Positions 16,708 through 27,400 of a stretch of DNA of 31,766 nt are shown here, piece by piece; position 1 is the stretch's first letter; every line of letters begins with the position of its first letter. Under the pieces are notes generated by a model. That model did not search any database. It was not told where the DNA came from and was given only the letters and a program-made list of their open reading frames with translations. Origin of the DNA: a virus (Duplodnaviria > Caudoviricetes); the IMG/VR virus record IMGVR_UViG_3300020403_000049, positions 1-31,766 of that record; one strand, 5' to 3'. Both the position numbers and the translations under genes were made by a program.

Positions 16708-18300
16708 ATGTCAATTACAACACAAGGATATAAAATTGGAAAGCAACCTATTGCTCAATCGTTTTACATTGATGAGCCATCAGGTATATTCTGCACTAAA
16801 GTAGATTTATACTTAAAAGTTGCAGATGTAAATGCTCCTATACAGATACAAATAAGACCGATGATTAATGGTTTTCCATCTTCTTCAAGAATATTATCTG
16901 GATCTGTAAAAAGTTTACCCGGTAGTCATTTTACTGGAGGAGCAAACGTTTCCACTGATGCAACTGTTACAGCAACATTTGAATTGGATGAACCAGTTTT
17001 TTTAAAAGGCTTAACTGATTTTGCACTTGTAGTAATAGCTGATTCAAAAGATTATGAAATTTTTATTGCAGAAATAAATGAGTTTACAGTTGGTTCTACT
17101 GAAAAAAGAGTAAATAAGCAACCTACACTTGGTAGTTTATTTTATTCACAAAATGGAACTACTTTTACACCTGCTCAAAATCAAGATTTAACTTTTAGAA
17201 TACATAAAGCACGTTTTAAAAATGTACCTTCTACTACAGCAATATTACGTAATGCTGCTTTACCTAAACAACTATTAAGGCCAAACCCAATAAAAACAAT
17301 TAAAAATTCAACAACTGTTCAAGTAAATCATCCTAATCATGGAATGCAAGTAGGTCAACCAGTTGTATTAGAAGGTGTTGAATCAAGTGGTGTAGGTGGA
17401 ATACTTTCTTCAACATTAAATAAAAGATATAATATTGTCGCAATGGATCATACTGGATATACCTTCACAGCGGATTCGGCAGCTGATTCAGATGCAATAG
17501 GTGGAGGATCATTAGTAAAATCTACAAAAAATATATTATACAGCACTATTTTTCCTAATATTAGTGCTCTAACAACAGAAGCAAACGCTGTATTTCCAGC
17601 AATAAAAACAACATCAGGTAAATCTTATGCAGGCAATGAAACTTCATTTCAAAAAGAATCTACTTTTAAAACTTTAAAACTTCTTGAAAACACTACTTTA
17701 CCTACATTAAGCATGATTGCTCATGATAGTGCAGAGACATCCGAACTTGGATCTGGTATAAAATCACTCGACATGCAATTAAGTATGCCTCAAATAGATT
17801 CAAACATAGCACCTGTAATAGATTTACAAAGAAGTTCAGTTATATTATCAAGCAATATTATTGATAGACAATATGATTCATCAACTTCAAGCCCTGGTTC
17901 TTTTAATGCGCCATTAAATTTTACTGCAGAAACAAGTGCTAGAGGGGGATCTTCAGCGGCTAAACATTTAACAGCACCTGTAACACTTGTTGAAGAAGCA
18001 GTTGGTTTAAAAGTTTTAATAGGTGCAAGTGTTCCAACAGCAGCAGACTTTGAAGTTTATGTAAGAACAGCAGATAATGAAGCACTTAAAACTCAAGACT
18101 TTGTATTAGTTTCACCTGAAAATACTCTAGTAAAAGATGATACAGGCATAGTCTTTAATGATTATCAGTTCTTACACGGTGGTCTTGGCGGTGATGTACC
18201 TCCATTCAAAAAATTTCAAGTTAAAATTGTGATGAGAAGTACTGATCAATCGAAGCCTCCAATGTTTTCAGACTTGAGAATTATAGCTTTGAGTTCATAA
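16708..18300 (+). CDS. Virion structural protein corresponding to the VrlC/DUF4815-like C-terminal part
   Basis: PIAQSFYI....GIF.TKVDLY, GSLFYSQNG.TFTP.Q.QDL.F, V.HPNHGM and the terminal F..FQVKIVM......P...DLR.IA motif. AAGGA Shine-Dalgarno at 16695-16699. Confidence 0.78.
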   Translation: MSITTQGYKIGKQPIAQSFYIDEPSGIFCTKVDLYLKVADVNAPIQIQIRPMINGFPSSSRILSGSVKSLPGSHFTGGANVSTDATVTATFELDEPVFLKGLTDFALVVIADSKDYEIFIAEINEFTVGSTEKRVNKQPTLGSLFYSQNGTTFTPAQNQDLTFRIHKARFKNVPSTTAILRNAALPKQLLRPNPIKTIKNSTTVQVNHPNHGMQVGQPVVLEGVESSGVGGILSSTLNKRYNIVAMDHTGYTFTADSAADSDAIGGGSLVKSTKNILYSTIFPNISALTTEANAVFPAIKTTSGKSYAGNETSFQKESTFKTLKLLENTTLPTLSMIAHDSAETSELGSGIKSLDMQLSMPQIDSNIAPVIDLQRSSVILSSNIIDRQYDSSTSSPGSFNAPLNFTAETSARGGSSAAKHLTAPVTLVEEAVGLKVLIGASVPTAADFEVYVRTADNEALKTQDFVLVSPENTLVKDDTGIVFNDYQFLHGGLGGDVPPFKKFQVKIVMRSTDQSKPPMFSDLRIIALSS

Positions 18301-18509
18301 TGAGTTTTTTAAAAGTTAAAGGTCATACTGACTTATTTAGAGATGAAAATAGTGGTGCAATAATAAATATAAATAAACAAGGAGTATCAGCTGCGAGAAA
18401 AAGAAAGCTGGAAAGAAGACAAAAAGAAAAAGAGTTTGAAGATTTAAAAAATGAAGTAAGTGATATTAAGATTATGTTAACTAAAATTATAGAGAAATTA
18501 GATGGCTAA
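18300..18509 (+). CDS. Small conserved hypothetical protein with coiled coil
   Basis: KVKGH.DL.RDE.SGAIIN followed by a coiled coil. A gene of this kind habitually follows the VrlC-like gene. Overlaps both neighbours. Confidence 0.75.
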   Translation: MSFLKVKGHTDLFRDENSGAIININKQGVSAARKRKLERRQKEKEFEDLKNEVSDIKIMLTKIIEKLDG

Positions 18510-19251
18510 AACTACAGTTAACTTATCAGATGCGGTAACCACATGGGTAACGAAAACAAATCAATTATCAGAGACGATAGGTGATTTGGCTAATTTAAAT
18601 ACATCAGAAGATTCTGACATTGTTGGTGCTATAAATGAATTAAAATTAAAAACTGATTTACTTGATTCTGCAGATATTACATCAACAGCAAGAAGTTCTT
18701 TTCAAGTTCTTGATGCTGGAGGTGACGGTGGTTTAGTTTATGATTCAGCTACTGGTAACATAACTTATACAGGACCAAGTGCTGATAGCGTACGTTCACA
18801 TTTTGCGGGTGGTTATGGAGTTGATATTGCCTCTGGTAATATTTCAGTTGACTCATCTGAAGTAAGAAGTTTATTTCAAGTACAAGATTCAGGTGGAAGT
18901 GGTTCACTTACATATGATGCCACCAGTGGTACGTTTGTATATAAAGGGCCCGGCAAAGGCGATTTACCGAGTATAATATCAGGTGCAGGTGCACAATCAT
19001 TTGCTCCTTCGGCTAGTAATGATCAATATTTAAGAGTTAACTGCACAGGAAATATGACATTAAGTGTTGATGTAGGAAGTTTAGAAATAGGACAAACTGT
19101 AGTAGTTGATAAAATTGATAGTTCTGGAAATACATTACAAATTAATTGGAAGACAGGTTCGCAAGGTGTTTCACTAGGAACATCTGTTGAATTAGCAGTA
19201 GGATTTTTTAACGGAAGCCACTTTTCTTTTATTGAAACTGTTAAAGGATAG
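18502..19251 (+). CDS. Putative fibre/whisker-like structural protein
   Basis: N-terminal VNLSD..TTW..KTN..S..IGD...L.T....IVGAINEL fibre-anchor-like motif. Two D.GG.G...YD..(T/S)G...Y.GP repeats are shared with the 1881-aa fibre. Confidence 0.6.
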   Translation: MAKTTVNLSDAVTTWVTKTNQLSETIGDLANLNTSEDSDIVGAINELKLKTDLLDSADITSTARSSFQVLDAGGDGGLVYDSATGNITYTGPSADSVRSHFAGGYGVDIASGNISVDSSEVRSLFQVQDSGGSGSLTYDATSGTFVYKGPGKGDLPSIISGAGAQSFAPSASNDQYLRVNCTGNMTLSVDVGSLEIGQTVVVDKIDSSGNTLQINWKTGSQGVSLGTSVELAVGFFNGSHFSFIETVKG

Positions 19252-19258
19252 GTAACTT

Positions 19259-21766
19259 ATGGGAGTACCATTTGTTGCACAACTTGGATTTGCAGAAGTT
19301 GACTCATCCGGTCCTATTGTACCTTTAACTGGAACAGCAGATGCCTCAGTTCAGTTTTATAAATTAACACAAAGTGTTAATGGTGTAATAACTATACCAA
19401 ACAATAATAAGCATAAAAAAATTATATTAGATGTTAATGGAAAAACTATTAGTGGTGGTGGCGTAAGTCCTATCATTCATAACAATGATTCTACTGAGTT
19501 GTCTTTAAAAGGTAATGGATTTATAACTTCATCTGGTAGTTTGTCATTTTCAGGAAACGGTACTGGTGACGCTACAGTAGATTCAGCTACACAAGGTCTT
19601 GGTTCAACTGGTCAAGTTGTTATAGATGTACAAGATAATGATATACCATTTCCAGCTAGAGACGATTTTGAAGATCTAATAGAAGTAAGAAACGGTACTT
19701 ATTTTGGACCGATAAATGCTTATGCTTATTATCCTGAATATTACTATACCGCTAATCCTCCTGGCACAATTCCGCCTGGAGCATCTTCTTCTGCACCTGT
19801 AACTATTCAATATAATAACTCTACTTGGCAAGCATATCAAAATACATTAATGCAAGATATAAGTGGAAGTAGCAATGTAATGCAAAGTTCGAGTGGACAA
19901 CCCGGCGCTCAGTTTGGTGCATTATTTTCAATAGGTGCTGGTAGATTTGAGTTAAGAGTTCCTCATAACGGAGCTGTTGCTATATTAAAACACGATGGTA
20001 CTAATTCTACATTTGAAAGTGGTACAGGGACTATTACCGGTTCTCAGACAAGATATTCCACAAGAAATAATAGTGGTGCTGAACCATACTTCGGTGTTCA
20101 AGAGAGATGCTATACTTGGGTAATTACAGTCGGTGGTGTAGCTTTAGAAATTACAGCGAGATGGAAGGCTGATACGTATAGGCCGGGCAATACTCCTTAC
20201 TATGCAGGTGGATTATACTTTGGCACTAACATAGATGCTACTTCTCCATTACCAAGTGGGACTACAATGAGATTGCCTGCCACAGGTTTTTTTACAGAAG
20301 GCAAAAGAGCAGTAGTACAAAATAACAATGATAATCCTATAAATTTTTCTTTAGCAGGCGGTACTGATTCTTCTGTACCAGCAAATGATTCAGCCACAGT
20401 AGTTAATGCAGCATCAACTGGAGAATCATGGAGTTTTTCCGGTGAAAAGCCAACAGCAACAGTAGTAAATCAATCAAGTCCAGGGATAAATGTTCTTGAT
20501 AGCGATTTTACTGTTGATATTTCACAACAGGTTGATTTTTTTCCATATAACGTTTCAACTATCAATCCATCAACTGGTGGATCAAGATCAAGGTATCGAC
20601 TTCAGTTACGTAGTGGACATTTACCAATACGTTTACCGAATGGTACGATAAAAACTGCAGGACAAGTTTTAAGTACAACTGATATGCTGAGTTTATTAGG
20701 AACACCATCAAATCCAACAAATTGGGGTAATTCAAATAATCCTTTTTCTTGGGAGTATCAAAATTATCCGCAAACAACTTTCACAACATTTCCTAGTTCT
20801 ACTACATTTACTATGGGTGGTAAAACTTGTCTCGGTATGGGAGCGTACGGTGCTGGTAATAGTGGAGGAACAGATCCAACGGACTATTATTACGTAGGTT
20901 TTTGTTTTCATGAAGACGGTTTCATACAAACTTACTTACTTACTATCACTACCGATGGTGGTAGTACTGATCAGGGCATACCACCATCGGAACTTAGTAG
21001 ATCATATCAATTTAGTAGTCACGGTGATTTTTCAGTAGCAATGTTACCTAGAAATTTCTTTCCTTCTGTCAAAGTCGGTAGTGTAAATGTAATCAACGGT
21101 AGAACTACATTTAAGAATAATGGTACAACTATTATTAATGATTTTACACCTTCAATACTTGGTGTAAGTAGAGGAAATCAAGGTGTTTTAGGTGTTGGTG
21201 CTTCATTAACTTTTGATAGTCAGGACGGTTCAACCGCAACATTTACTGGTACAGTGCCTGAGGAAAATACAGCTGGTGATCCATTAGCTCCAGCTGCTCC
21301 TATTAGTGGAACTGGGGTAAGTAATAATGATTCTGGAAGACCAGTTGATGGTGTTGACTTATCTGCTTTTACTGGCACTATTAATTCAATAAGATCAGGT
21401 GAATCACCAAGTACCACATATATAGTAACTGTTGCACCAAAAAGTTCATATGATTCTGGAAGTTCTAATGCATTTTACATTGACGGTGTAGAACGTCCAA
21501 CGCTTACACTTACTGAAGGTAATACGTATTTCTTTATACAATCTGATGCTTCAAATGGTGCTGGAGGAAGTCATCCGCTTAGATTCAGTACAACAGCAAA
21601 TGGAACACATGGAAGTGGAACTGAATATACAACTGGTGTTACTACAGTCGGAACGCCAGGAACTTTTGGTGCGTACACCAAAATAACTGTTGCAGCAAGT
21701 GCACCTACATTATATTACTATTGTTCAAATCATAGTAATATGGGTGGCCAACTTAATACCGCATAG
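19259..21766 (+). CDS. Putative tail fibre / receptor-binding protein with C-terminal cupredoxin-like domain
   Basis: 835 aa, G/S/T/N-rich with beta-strand character. Ends in SHPLRFSTT...LYYYCSNHSNMGG. Confidence 0.6.
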   Translation: MGVPFVAQLGFAEVDSSGPIVPLTGTADASVQFYKLTQSVNGVITIPNNNKHKKIILDVNGKTISGGGVSPIIHNNDSTELSLKGNGFITSSGSLSFSGNGTGDATVDSATQGLGSTGQVVIDVQDNDIPFPARDDFEDLIEVRNGTYFGPINAYAYYPEYYYTANPPGTIPPGASSSAPVTIQYNNSTWQAYQNTLMQDISGSSNVMQSSSGQPGAQFGALFSIGAGRFELRVPHNGAVAILKHDGTNSTFESGTGTITGSQTRYSTRNNSGAEPYFGVQERCYTWVITVGGVALEITARWKADTYRPGNTPYYAGGLYFGTNIDATSPLPSGTTMRLPATGFFTEGKRAVVQNNNDNPINFSLAGGTDSSVPANDSATVVNAASTGESWSFSGEKPTATVVNQSSPGINVLDSDFTVDISQQVDFFPYNVSTINPSTGGSRSRYRLQLRSGHLPIRLPNGTIKTAGQVLSTTDMLSLLGTPSNPTNWGNSNNPFSWEYQNYPQTTFTTFPSSTTFTMGGKTCLGMGAYGAGNSGGTDPTDYYYVGFCFHEDGFIQTYLLTITTDGGSTDQGIPPSELSRSYQFSSHGDFSVAMLPRNFFPSVKVGSVNVINGRTTFKNNGTTIINDFTPSILGVSRGNQGVLGVGASLTFDSQDGSTATFTGTVPEENTAGDPLAPAAPISGTGVSNNDSGRPVDGVDLSAFTGTINSIRSGESPSTTYIVTVAPKSSYDSGSSNAFYIDGVERPTLTLTEGNTYFFIQSDASNGAGGSHPLRFSTTANGTHGSGTEYTTGVTTVGTPGTFGAYTKITVAASAPTLYYYCSNHSNMGGQLNTA

Positions 21767-21774
21767 GATATCAT

Positions 21775-22557
21775 ATGGGTGTTAATTATAATCCAAGAAC
21801 AATCACAAATGATTGTGTATTTCATATCGACATGGCCAATCCAAAGTGTTACGCAAATGGTGTACTTGGTACAAAAAGTGGCTTTAAAGAACTGACACCT
21901 AACCCAGTTGGAACGGGTAATGACTTATTCTTTTTTACTAATAGTGGTAATGGGCCAGACTTTGTAAACGAAGGAGAAAGATCACACTTTCACTTTACAA
22001 GAACTGAAGGTAATAGAATCTCTTTTGAAAATGTCGCATCAACATCAAATCATTTACTAACAAAAATGGGACACAGTGGTTCTGGTACTGAACCTTTACC
22101 TTTTACGATAGAGTTCGTCATTCGAATTCAAACTCAACCAACTGGTGCTGGTGGAAATGGCTTTGGAGTTATTCGTTTTAACGGTAATGCCGGTATTGGA
22201 TGTCATATAAGAAATGGTAATGGTGCTGGTGTTGTGAACGTAGGTTATACCGGACAAGGTAATTATTCAAGCTATGGTTCTACTGTTGAGCTAGGTGAGT
22301 GGTACTATGGTGCTGTTACAAGAAATGACGCTACAGGAAATACAGGCACTCTAAATTTTTATGATAAAACAGGACTTACTAATACTGTATTAAATCAAAA
22401 CATCAAAACGACTTTTGGCACACAGAATTGTTTAATAGGTGGTTCACCTGGGTTTATGGACGGAGATATTGCATTAGTAAGAGTTTATAAAAGAGATTTA
22501 ACAGAAAGCGAAATCAGAACTAACTTTGAAGCTTTACGTGGAAGGTTTGGATTATAA
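21775..22557 (+). CDS. LamG/concanavalin-A-like lectin domain protein (paralog 1)
   Basis: FTIEF.IR, GEWYY.AVT and GDIALVRVY.R.LT..EI..NFEA.RGRFGL motifs. Confidence 0.72.
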   Translation: MGVNYNPRTITNDCVFHIDMANPKCYANGVLGTKSGFKELTPNPVGTGNDLFFFTNSGNGPDFVNEGERSHFHFTRTEGNRISFENVASTSNHLLTKMGHSGSGTEPLPFTIEFVIRIQTQPTGAGGNGFGVIRFNGNAGIGCHIRNGNGAGVVNVGYTGQGNYSSYGSTVELGEWYYGAVTRNDATGNTGTLNFYDKTGLTNTVLNQNIKTTFGTQNCLIGGSPGFMDGDIALVRVYKRDLTESEIRTNFEALRGRFGL

Positions 22558-23288
22558 TGGGATTATTTCATTCACCAAAGATTATAACTGATGGATTAGT
22601 TTTATTATTAGATGCCGGTAATCCAAAATCTTATTCTGGTTCTGGAAATGATTGGCTTGATCTTAGCGGTAATAAGTTTCACATGTCTCTTAAAAACTCT
22701 CCCACATTTGTTAATGATGCAGGATTAAAATACTTTTCATTAGACGGTTCTAATGATTACGGTAAGTGTGATGCAACTGTTAGTGGTTCTGTTGAAGGGA
22801 CTGTTACTAATCTTGGTATAGGAGGTGCGGTACCAAGAAGTATAGTTTGTGTAGCAAAAATGAAAAGCGGAGTTGGAGCTACTGCTGGAGGATTATTTGA
22901 TGTAGGAGACACAGGTGTGACTGGAAGACATATGTCTTTAAGAAGACTTGGTGACACAACTGCCGATCCAACCAGCTTTCGAAATAATTTTTGGGGTCCA
23001 CCAGATCATGATTTTACTTACAGCGCTTTTGATTGGACAATGTATACTTCATCGTATGGGTCTGATAAAAAAACAAAAACATTCGGTAATTCGGGAGTTC
23101 TATTAGGGCAAGAAAATGTAGCTTATGATTTAGTTACAGCAGGAAGCAGATCTTTTGAAATGGGAAGATATAATGGTGGTCAATATATCGGTGCTGACAT
23201 AGCTTATTATATGATTTATACAAAACAATTAAGTGATTCTGAAATGAAACAAAACTTTGATGCAATAAGAGGAAGGTTCGGATTGTAA
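22557..23288 (+). CDS. LamG/concanavalin-A-like lectin domain protein (paralog 2)
   Basis: IITDGLVLLLDAGNPKSYSGSG..W.DLSGN...F.LDG.NDY...IY...LS..E..QNF.A.RGRFGL. Confidence 0.78.
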   Translation: MGLFHSPKIITDGLVLLLDAGNPKSYSGSGNDWLDLSGNKFHMSLKNSPTFVNDAGLKYFSLDGSNDYGKCDATVSGSVEGTVTNLGIGGAVPRSIVCVAKMKSGVGATAGGLFDVGDTGVTGRHMSLRRLGDTTADPTSFRNNFWGPPDHDFTYSAFDWTMYTSSYGSDKKTKTFGNSGVLLGQENVAYDLVTAGSRSFEMGRYNGGQYIGADIAYYMIYTKQLSDSEMKQNFDAIRGRFGL

Positions 23289-23974
23289 TGGGAGTATTCG
23301 CAGGACCAGATATTATTGAAGATGGATTAGTATTAGCATTAGACGCTGCAAACACTAAGTCATATCCGGGAAGTGGTACTACTTGGAATGATTTAAGTGG
23401 AAACGGTAACCATGGAACAAATGCTAATATGACTTTTGAAACAGATAAAGGTGGTGTGTTTGATTTTAATAACAGTAACAGTCAATCATCTATAGCTAAT
23501 AGTGATTCATTAAATCCTGTATCTCAATTAACTATTGAAGCGGTTGTTAATTTTGACGGTAATAGTACTGACTTTATATTTGAAAAAGGTAACGTTAATA
23601 CTCAATATAGTTTATTTTCACACAGCACAGATTTAGTATTCAGAACCGTTCATGACGGTGTAGGAGGTTATGATTCACTTTACGCTTATAAAACTCAAGG
23701 AATAACAAACGGACAATATCATCATGTTTTAGGATCATATAATGGTTCTACTAAAAAAACGTATATTGATGGAAGAGAAGTAGCTACAAAAAATAAAACT
23801 GGAAATTTGGTAACAACTACTCCTGGTGCTGCTGTTGGAGATTTTGGTGGCGCTTCAACAGGATACCCGTTCGGCGGAAAGATTGCTTTAGTACGTGTTT
23901 ATAATATAGGACTAACTGCAAGTCAAGTAAAGCAAAACTTTGAAGCTACAAAAGGTAGATTTGGTATTTTATAA
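23288..23974 (+). CDS. LamG/concanavalin-A-like lectin domain protein (paralog 3)
   Basis: DGLVLALDAAN.KSYPGSGTTW.DLSGNGNHGT...HHV.GSYNG....YIDG...GKIALVRVYN..LT..QV.QNFEA.KGRFG. Confidence 0.82.
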   Translation: MGVFAGPDIIEDGLVLALDAANTKSYPGSGTTWNDLSGNGNHGTNANMTFETDKGGVFDFNNSNSQSSIANSDSLNPVSQLTIEAVVNFDGNSTDFIFEKGNVNTQYSLFSHSTDLVFRTVHDGVGGYDSLYAYKTQGITNGQYHHVLGSYNGSTKKTYIDGREVATKNKTGNLVTTTPGAAVGDFGGASTGYPFGGKIALVRVYNIGLTASQVKQNFEATKGRFGIL

Positions 23975-23985
23975 AAGTCATTTTG

Positions 23986-23993
23986 TATAAATA
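23986..23993 (+). promoter_or_regulatory. T4-type late promoter
   Basis: Exact TATAAATA, intergenic, in the same TGTATAAATAG context as the other two. GGAG Shine-Dalgarno before ATG 24045. Confidence 0.85.
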
Positions 23994-24044
23994 GTCTTAA
24001 AGGCAGGGGCGAAAGTCCGACAAAGAAATCAACTGGAGTATTTC

Positions 24045-24398
24045 ATGGCCGTATATCAAGAATTTACAATCGATCAAGGTTCCGACGCAACTATTGAATT
24101 ACACTTAGTAGACAAGAATGGTACTGCTAAAAATTTAACTGGTTATACTGTAACAGCAAGATTAAAGAAAAATTACAGTGACAGTGCAGGTGAAGCCACA
24201 GCTTTTACAAGTGTAGTTACAAATACCACTGGTGGCATCGCCACAATTTCACTTTCAAATACACAAACTGACGCATTAAAAGCAGGCAGACATGTATATG
24301 ATGTTGAACTTTCTAATGTTGACAGCTCAAGTGGAAACACTATTATCGAAAGAATTCTCGAAGGCAGAGTACAAATAACTCCATCTGTCACTAAATGA
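24045..24398 (+). CDS. Small conserved virion protein (fibre-adaptor-like)
   Basis: IDQGSD......NLTGYT....LKK.Y...G...ISL...QT..LKAGR.VYDVE......RILEG...ITPSVT is a motif common before tail fibres in marine T4-like phages. Confidence 0.7.
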   Translation: MAVYQEFTIDQGSDATIELHLVDKNGTAKNLTGYTVTARLKKNYSDSAGEATAFTSVVTNTTGGIATISLSNTQTDALKAGRHVYDVELSNVDSSSGNTIIERILEGRVQITPSVTK

Positions 24399-24405
24399 GG
24401 TAATA

Positions 24406-27400
24406 GTGTCCGTTAAAGTTACAGTAGGTCAACAAACTTTTATAAAAAAGATCGTACTCGGTACTCCGGTAACAACAGCCAGAGAAACACTATCTATCGA
24501 TGAATTTACCGATTTTAATGTTGCTACTAAATCTGATGCACAAATACTTGTTTTCGATTCTGCTGAAGGTGTATTTAAAAACTATACATTTGATGTAGGT
24601 CAAGGTTTAGCTAGAGAATACTCGCCTGGTGACGATAAACTTACAATTGCAATTGATTCTGATAAAACACCAGTTGTTACTGGTATATTATCAAAAGGTA
24701 ATCTTACACCAACACTTGACAGTACATTCGATTTAGGTGATAGTAACCGTAAGTGGAAAGATCTACATCTAAGTGGAAGTACAATACACTTAGGTGGAAT
24801 TAAACTCAAAGATTCTGGCGGTGATTTTTCTGTAAAAGATAGTACAGGCACACCAGTTAATATTGATCTTGCCGGTTCAATACAACAAATAAGAGGTTTC
24901 TTTAGCCCGGGTGGTGATTTAAGTTATGATTCTACTACTGGTAGATTTGAATTTGATGTAGAACAAGTTTATACTAAAGCAAATTTTGATAGTGATCTTG
25001 GTGATGCACTTGATGGCGGCGTAGGTATAACATATGATTCTGCTAATGATACTATAAGAATTGATTCAGCCGAATTAGAAGCTAACTTTAAACAAGATAT
25101 ACGTGGATATTTTACAGCTGATAAGGGTTTAGTATATAGTCCAACTACAGGTAATTTTGATGTAGACTCTGCCAACTTAAAAACTATAATATCTGCAACG
25201 GATGCAGGTGGTGATGGATCTTTTAGTTATAATAATAGTACAGGTGTATTTACATATACAGGTCCAAGCGCTTCAGAAGTAAGAAACCACTTTAGTGCAA
25301 GTAATGGTTTAAGTTATAATAGTTCCACTGGTGATTTTAGATTACCACAACCTTTAGATTCATCAGACAAAGCAAGATTCTCAAGAGTCATGGTAGATAG
25401 TGCAAGAATACTAGATCATGGTCTTGTTAGTGGTGCTTTACAAATATCTAGTTATGCAAATGCAATAAACTCAACAGGTAGACGCGAAGGTGTTTTATAT
25501 ATTGGTAATGATGCACAGTTAGGTGCTGCTGGAGGTGATTTAACAATATATCATAATGACTCCGGTGCTCAAATTGAAAACCGTACAGGTGATTTAAGCA
25601 TAAAGCAACTTAGTGGTAGTGGTCAAGTTGGTGCAAAACATATTAACATTACAAATCACACCAATGACGGTGATATAGTTTTAAGTGCAGATTGGCCTAG
25701 AACTACAGGAGCTCAAATACCGTATGTTGAAGTAAAAGGTCAAACTGGAGAGGTTAGGTTATTTCATAAAGATGGTGATCAATATGATAGTAGTATTGCA
25801 CCACAAGGTAGAGAAAAATTTAGAACACAGTTTTATGGAGCTCGTGTTTATGGATTTTTAAGAGCTGATAATATTATTTCCCTTGGAAGTCTATCTAGAG
25901 CAACAGCAGTTGATTCTGCTACATACGGATCAGCAACACAAATACCTGTATTAACAGTCAATACTTCTGGATTTATTGACAGTATTGGAACAGTGGCTGT
26001 TGCTGGTGTTTCATCAACGTCATTTGATTCAACAAGCGGTATTTTTACAATTAATACTGCAGATGGCAATTCTTTTCCAACACACATTCAAGACTCTGCT
26101 GACCTTGTAAGAATTTCAAGAAAATCACTATCTGCAACAGATGCTGGTGGAGATGGTTCGTTCAGTTATAATAACACTACAGGTGTATTTACATACACAG
26201 GTCCGAGTGCTTCAGAAGTAAGAGCTCATATTACTGGCGGATCTGGTATAGGTGATAGTGTTAATGGTAACGGTATCATTAAAATAGATTCAGCTGAATT
26301 ATATTCTTTATATAAACATGATGACTTCAGTGATTTTGTAGCTGATGAACATGTAGCGCACAGCGATGTAAATATAACAGCTGGTGCCGGTTTAACTGGC
26401 GGTGGTAATATTGCATCCACAAGAACTTTAGACGTTGTTGGTGGAAAAGGTATAATAGCAAATGCTGATGACATACAAGTTGATTCATCTAATATTAAAA
26501 AAATATTTTCTGCAACTGACGTAAGTGGTGATGGAAGTTTTTCATATAATAATTCAACTGGAGTATTTACTTACACAGGACCATCATCAACAGAAGTAAG
26601 AGCACACTTTAGTGCAAGTAATAGTTTAAGTTATAATAGTTCGACTGGTGACTTTAGATTACCACAGCCTTTAGACTCGGCTGCTAATCCAACATTCAAT
26701 CAACTACGTGGTCCTGCAAGTTTTGTAATAGATCCTGCAACTATCGGTGATAATACAGGTACAGTTAGAATACTTGGTAACTTACAAGTTGAAGGCACAC
26801 AAACAATCATAAATTCAACCACTGTAAGCCTTAATGATAAGAATATTGTCATTGCAGATAGTGCAGCAGATAGTTCAGCACTAGATGGTGGAGGTATCAC
26901 ATGGGGTGGTGCAAGTATAGTAGACACTCCTACATTTAATTATTCACACGCAAATGCAAGACTCGTATCAAATCGAGAAATAAATGCACCATTGTTCTCA
27001 GGTTCAGGCGCATCACTAACAAATTTACCCGCTGCATCTTTAACAGGCACTATTGATTCTGCAAGAATACCAACTTTATTAATCGCAGACATTGGAAATA
27101 TCAATTCAATAGATCATGATGCACTTACTAACTTTGTAGCAAATGAACATATTGATCATACTGGAGTATCAATAACTGCAGGCTTTGGATTAAAAGGCGG
27201 CGGTACAATTGCATCAACTCGTGATTTAGCAATTGATTCAGCAGAACTTTTAACTTACTATGAGCCAATAATAAGACACGACAATTTGTCTGGATTTGTT
27301 GCAAATGAGCATATAGATCACACCGGAGTTTCAGTAACAGCAGGATTTGGTCTTAAAGGTGGAGGTACAATAGCCTCTACTCGTGACTTAGCAATTGACT

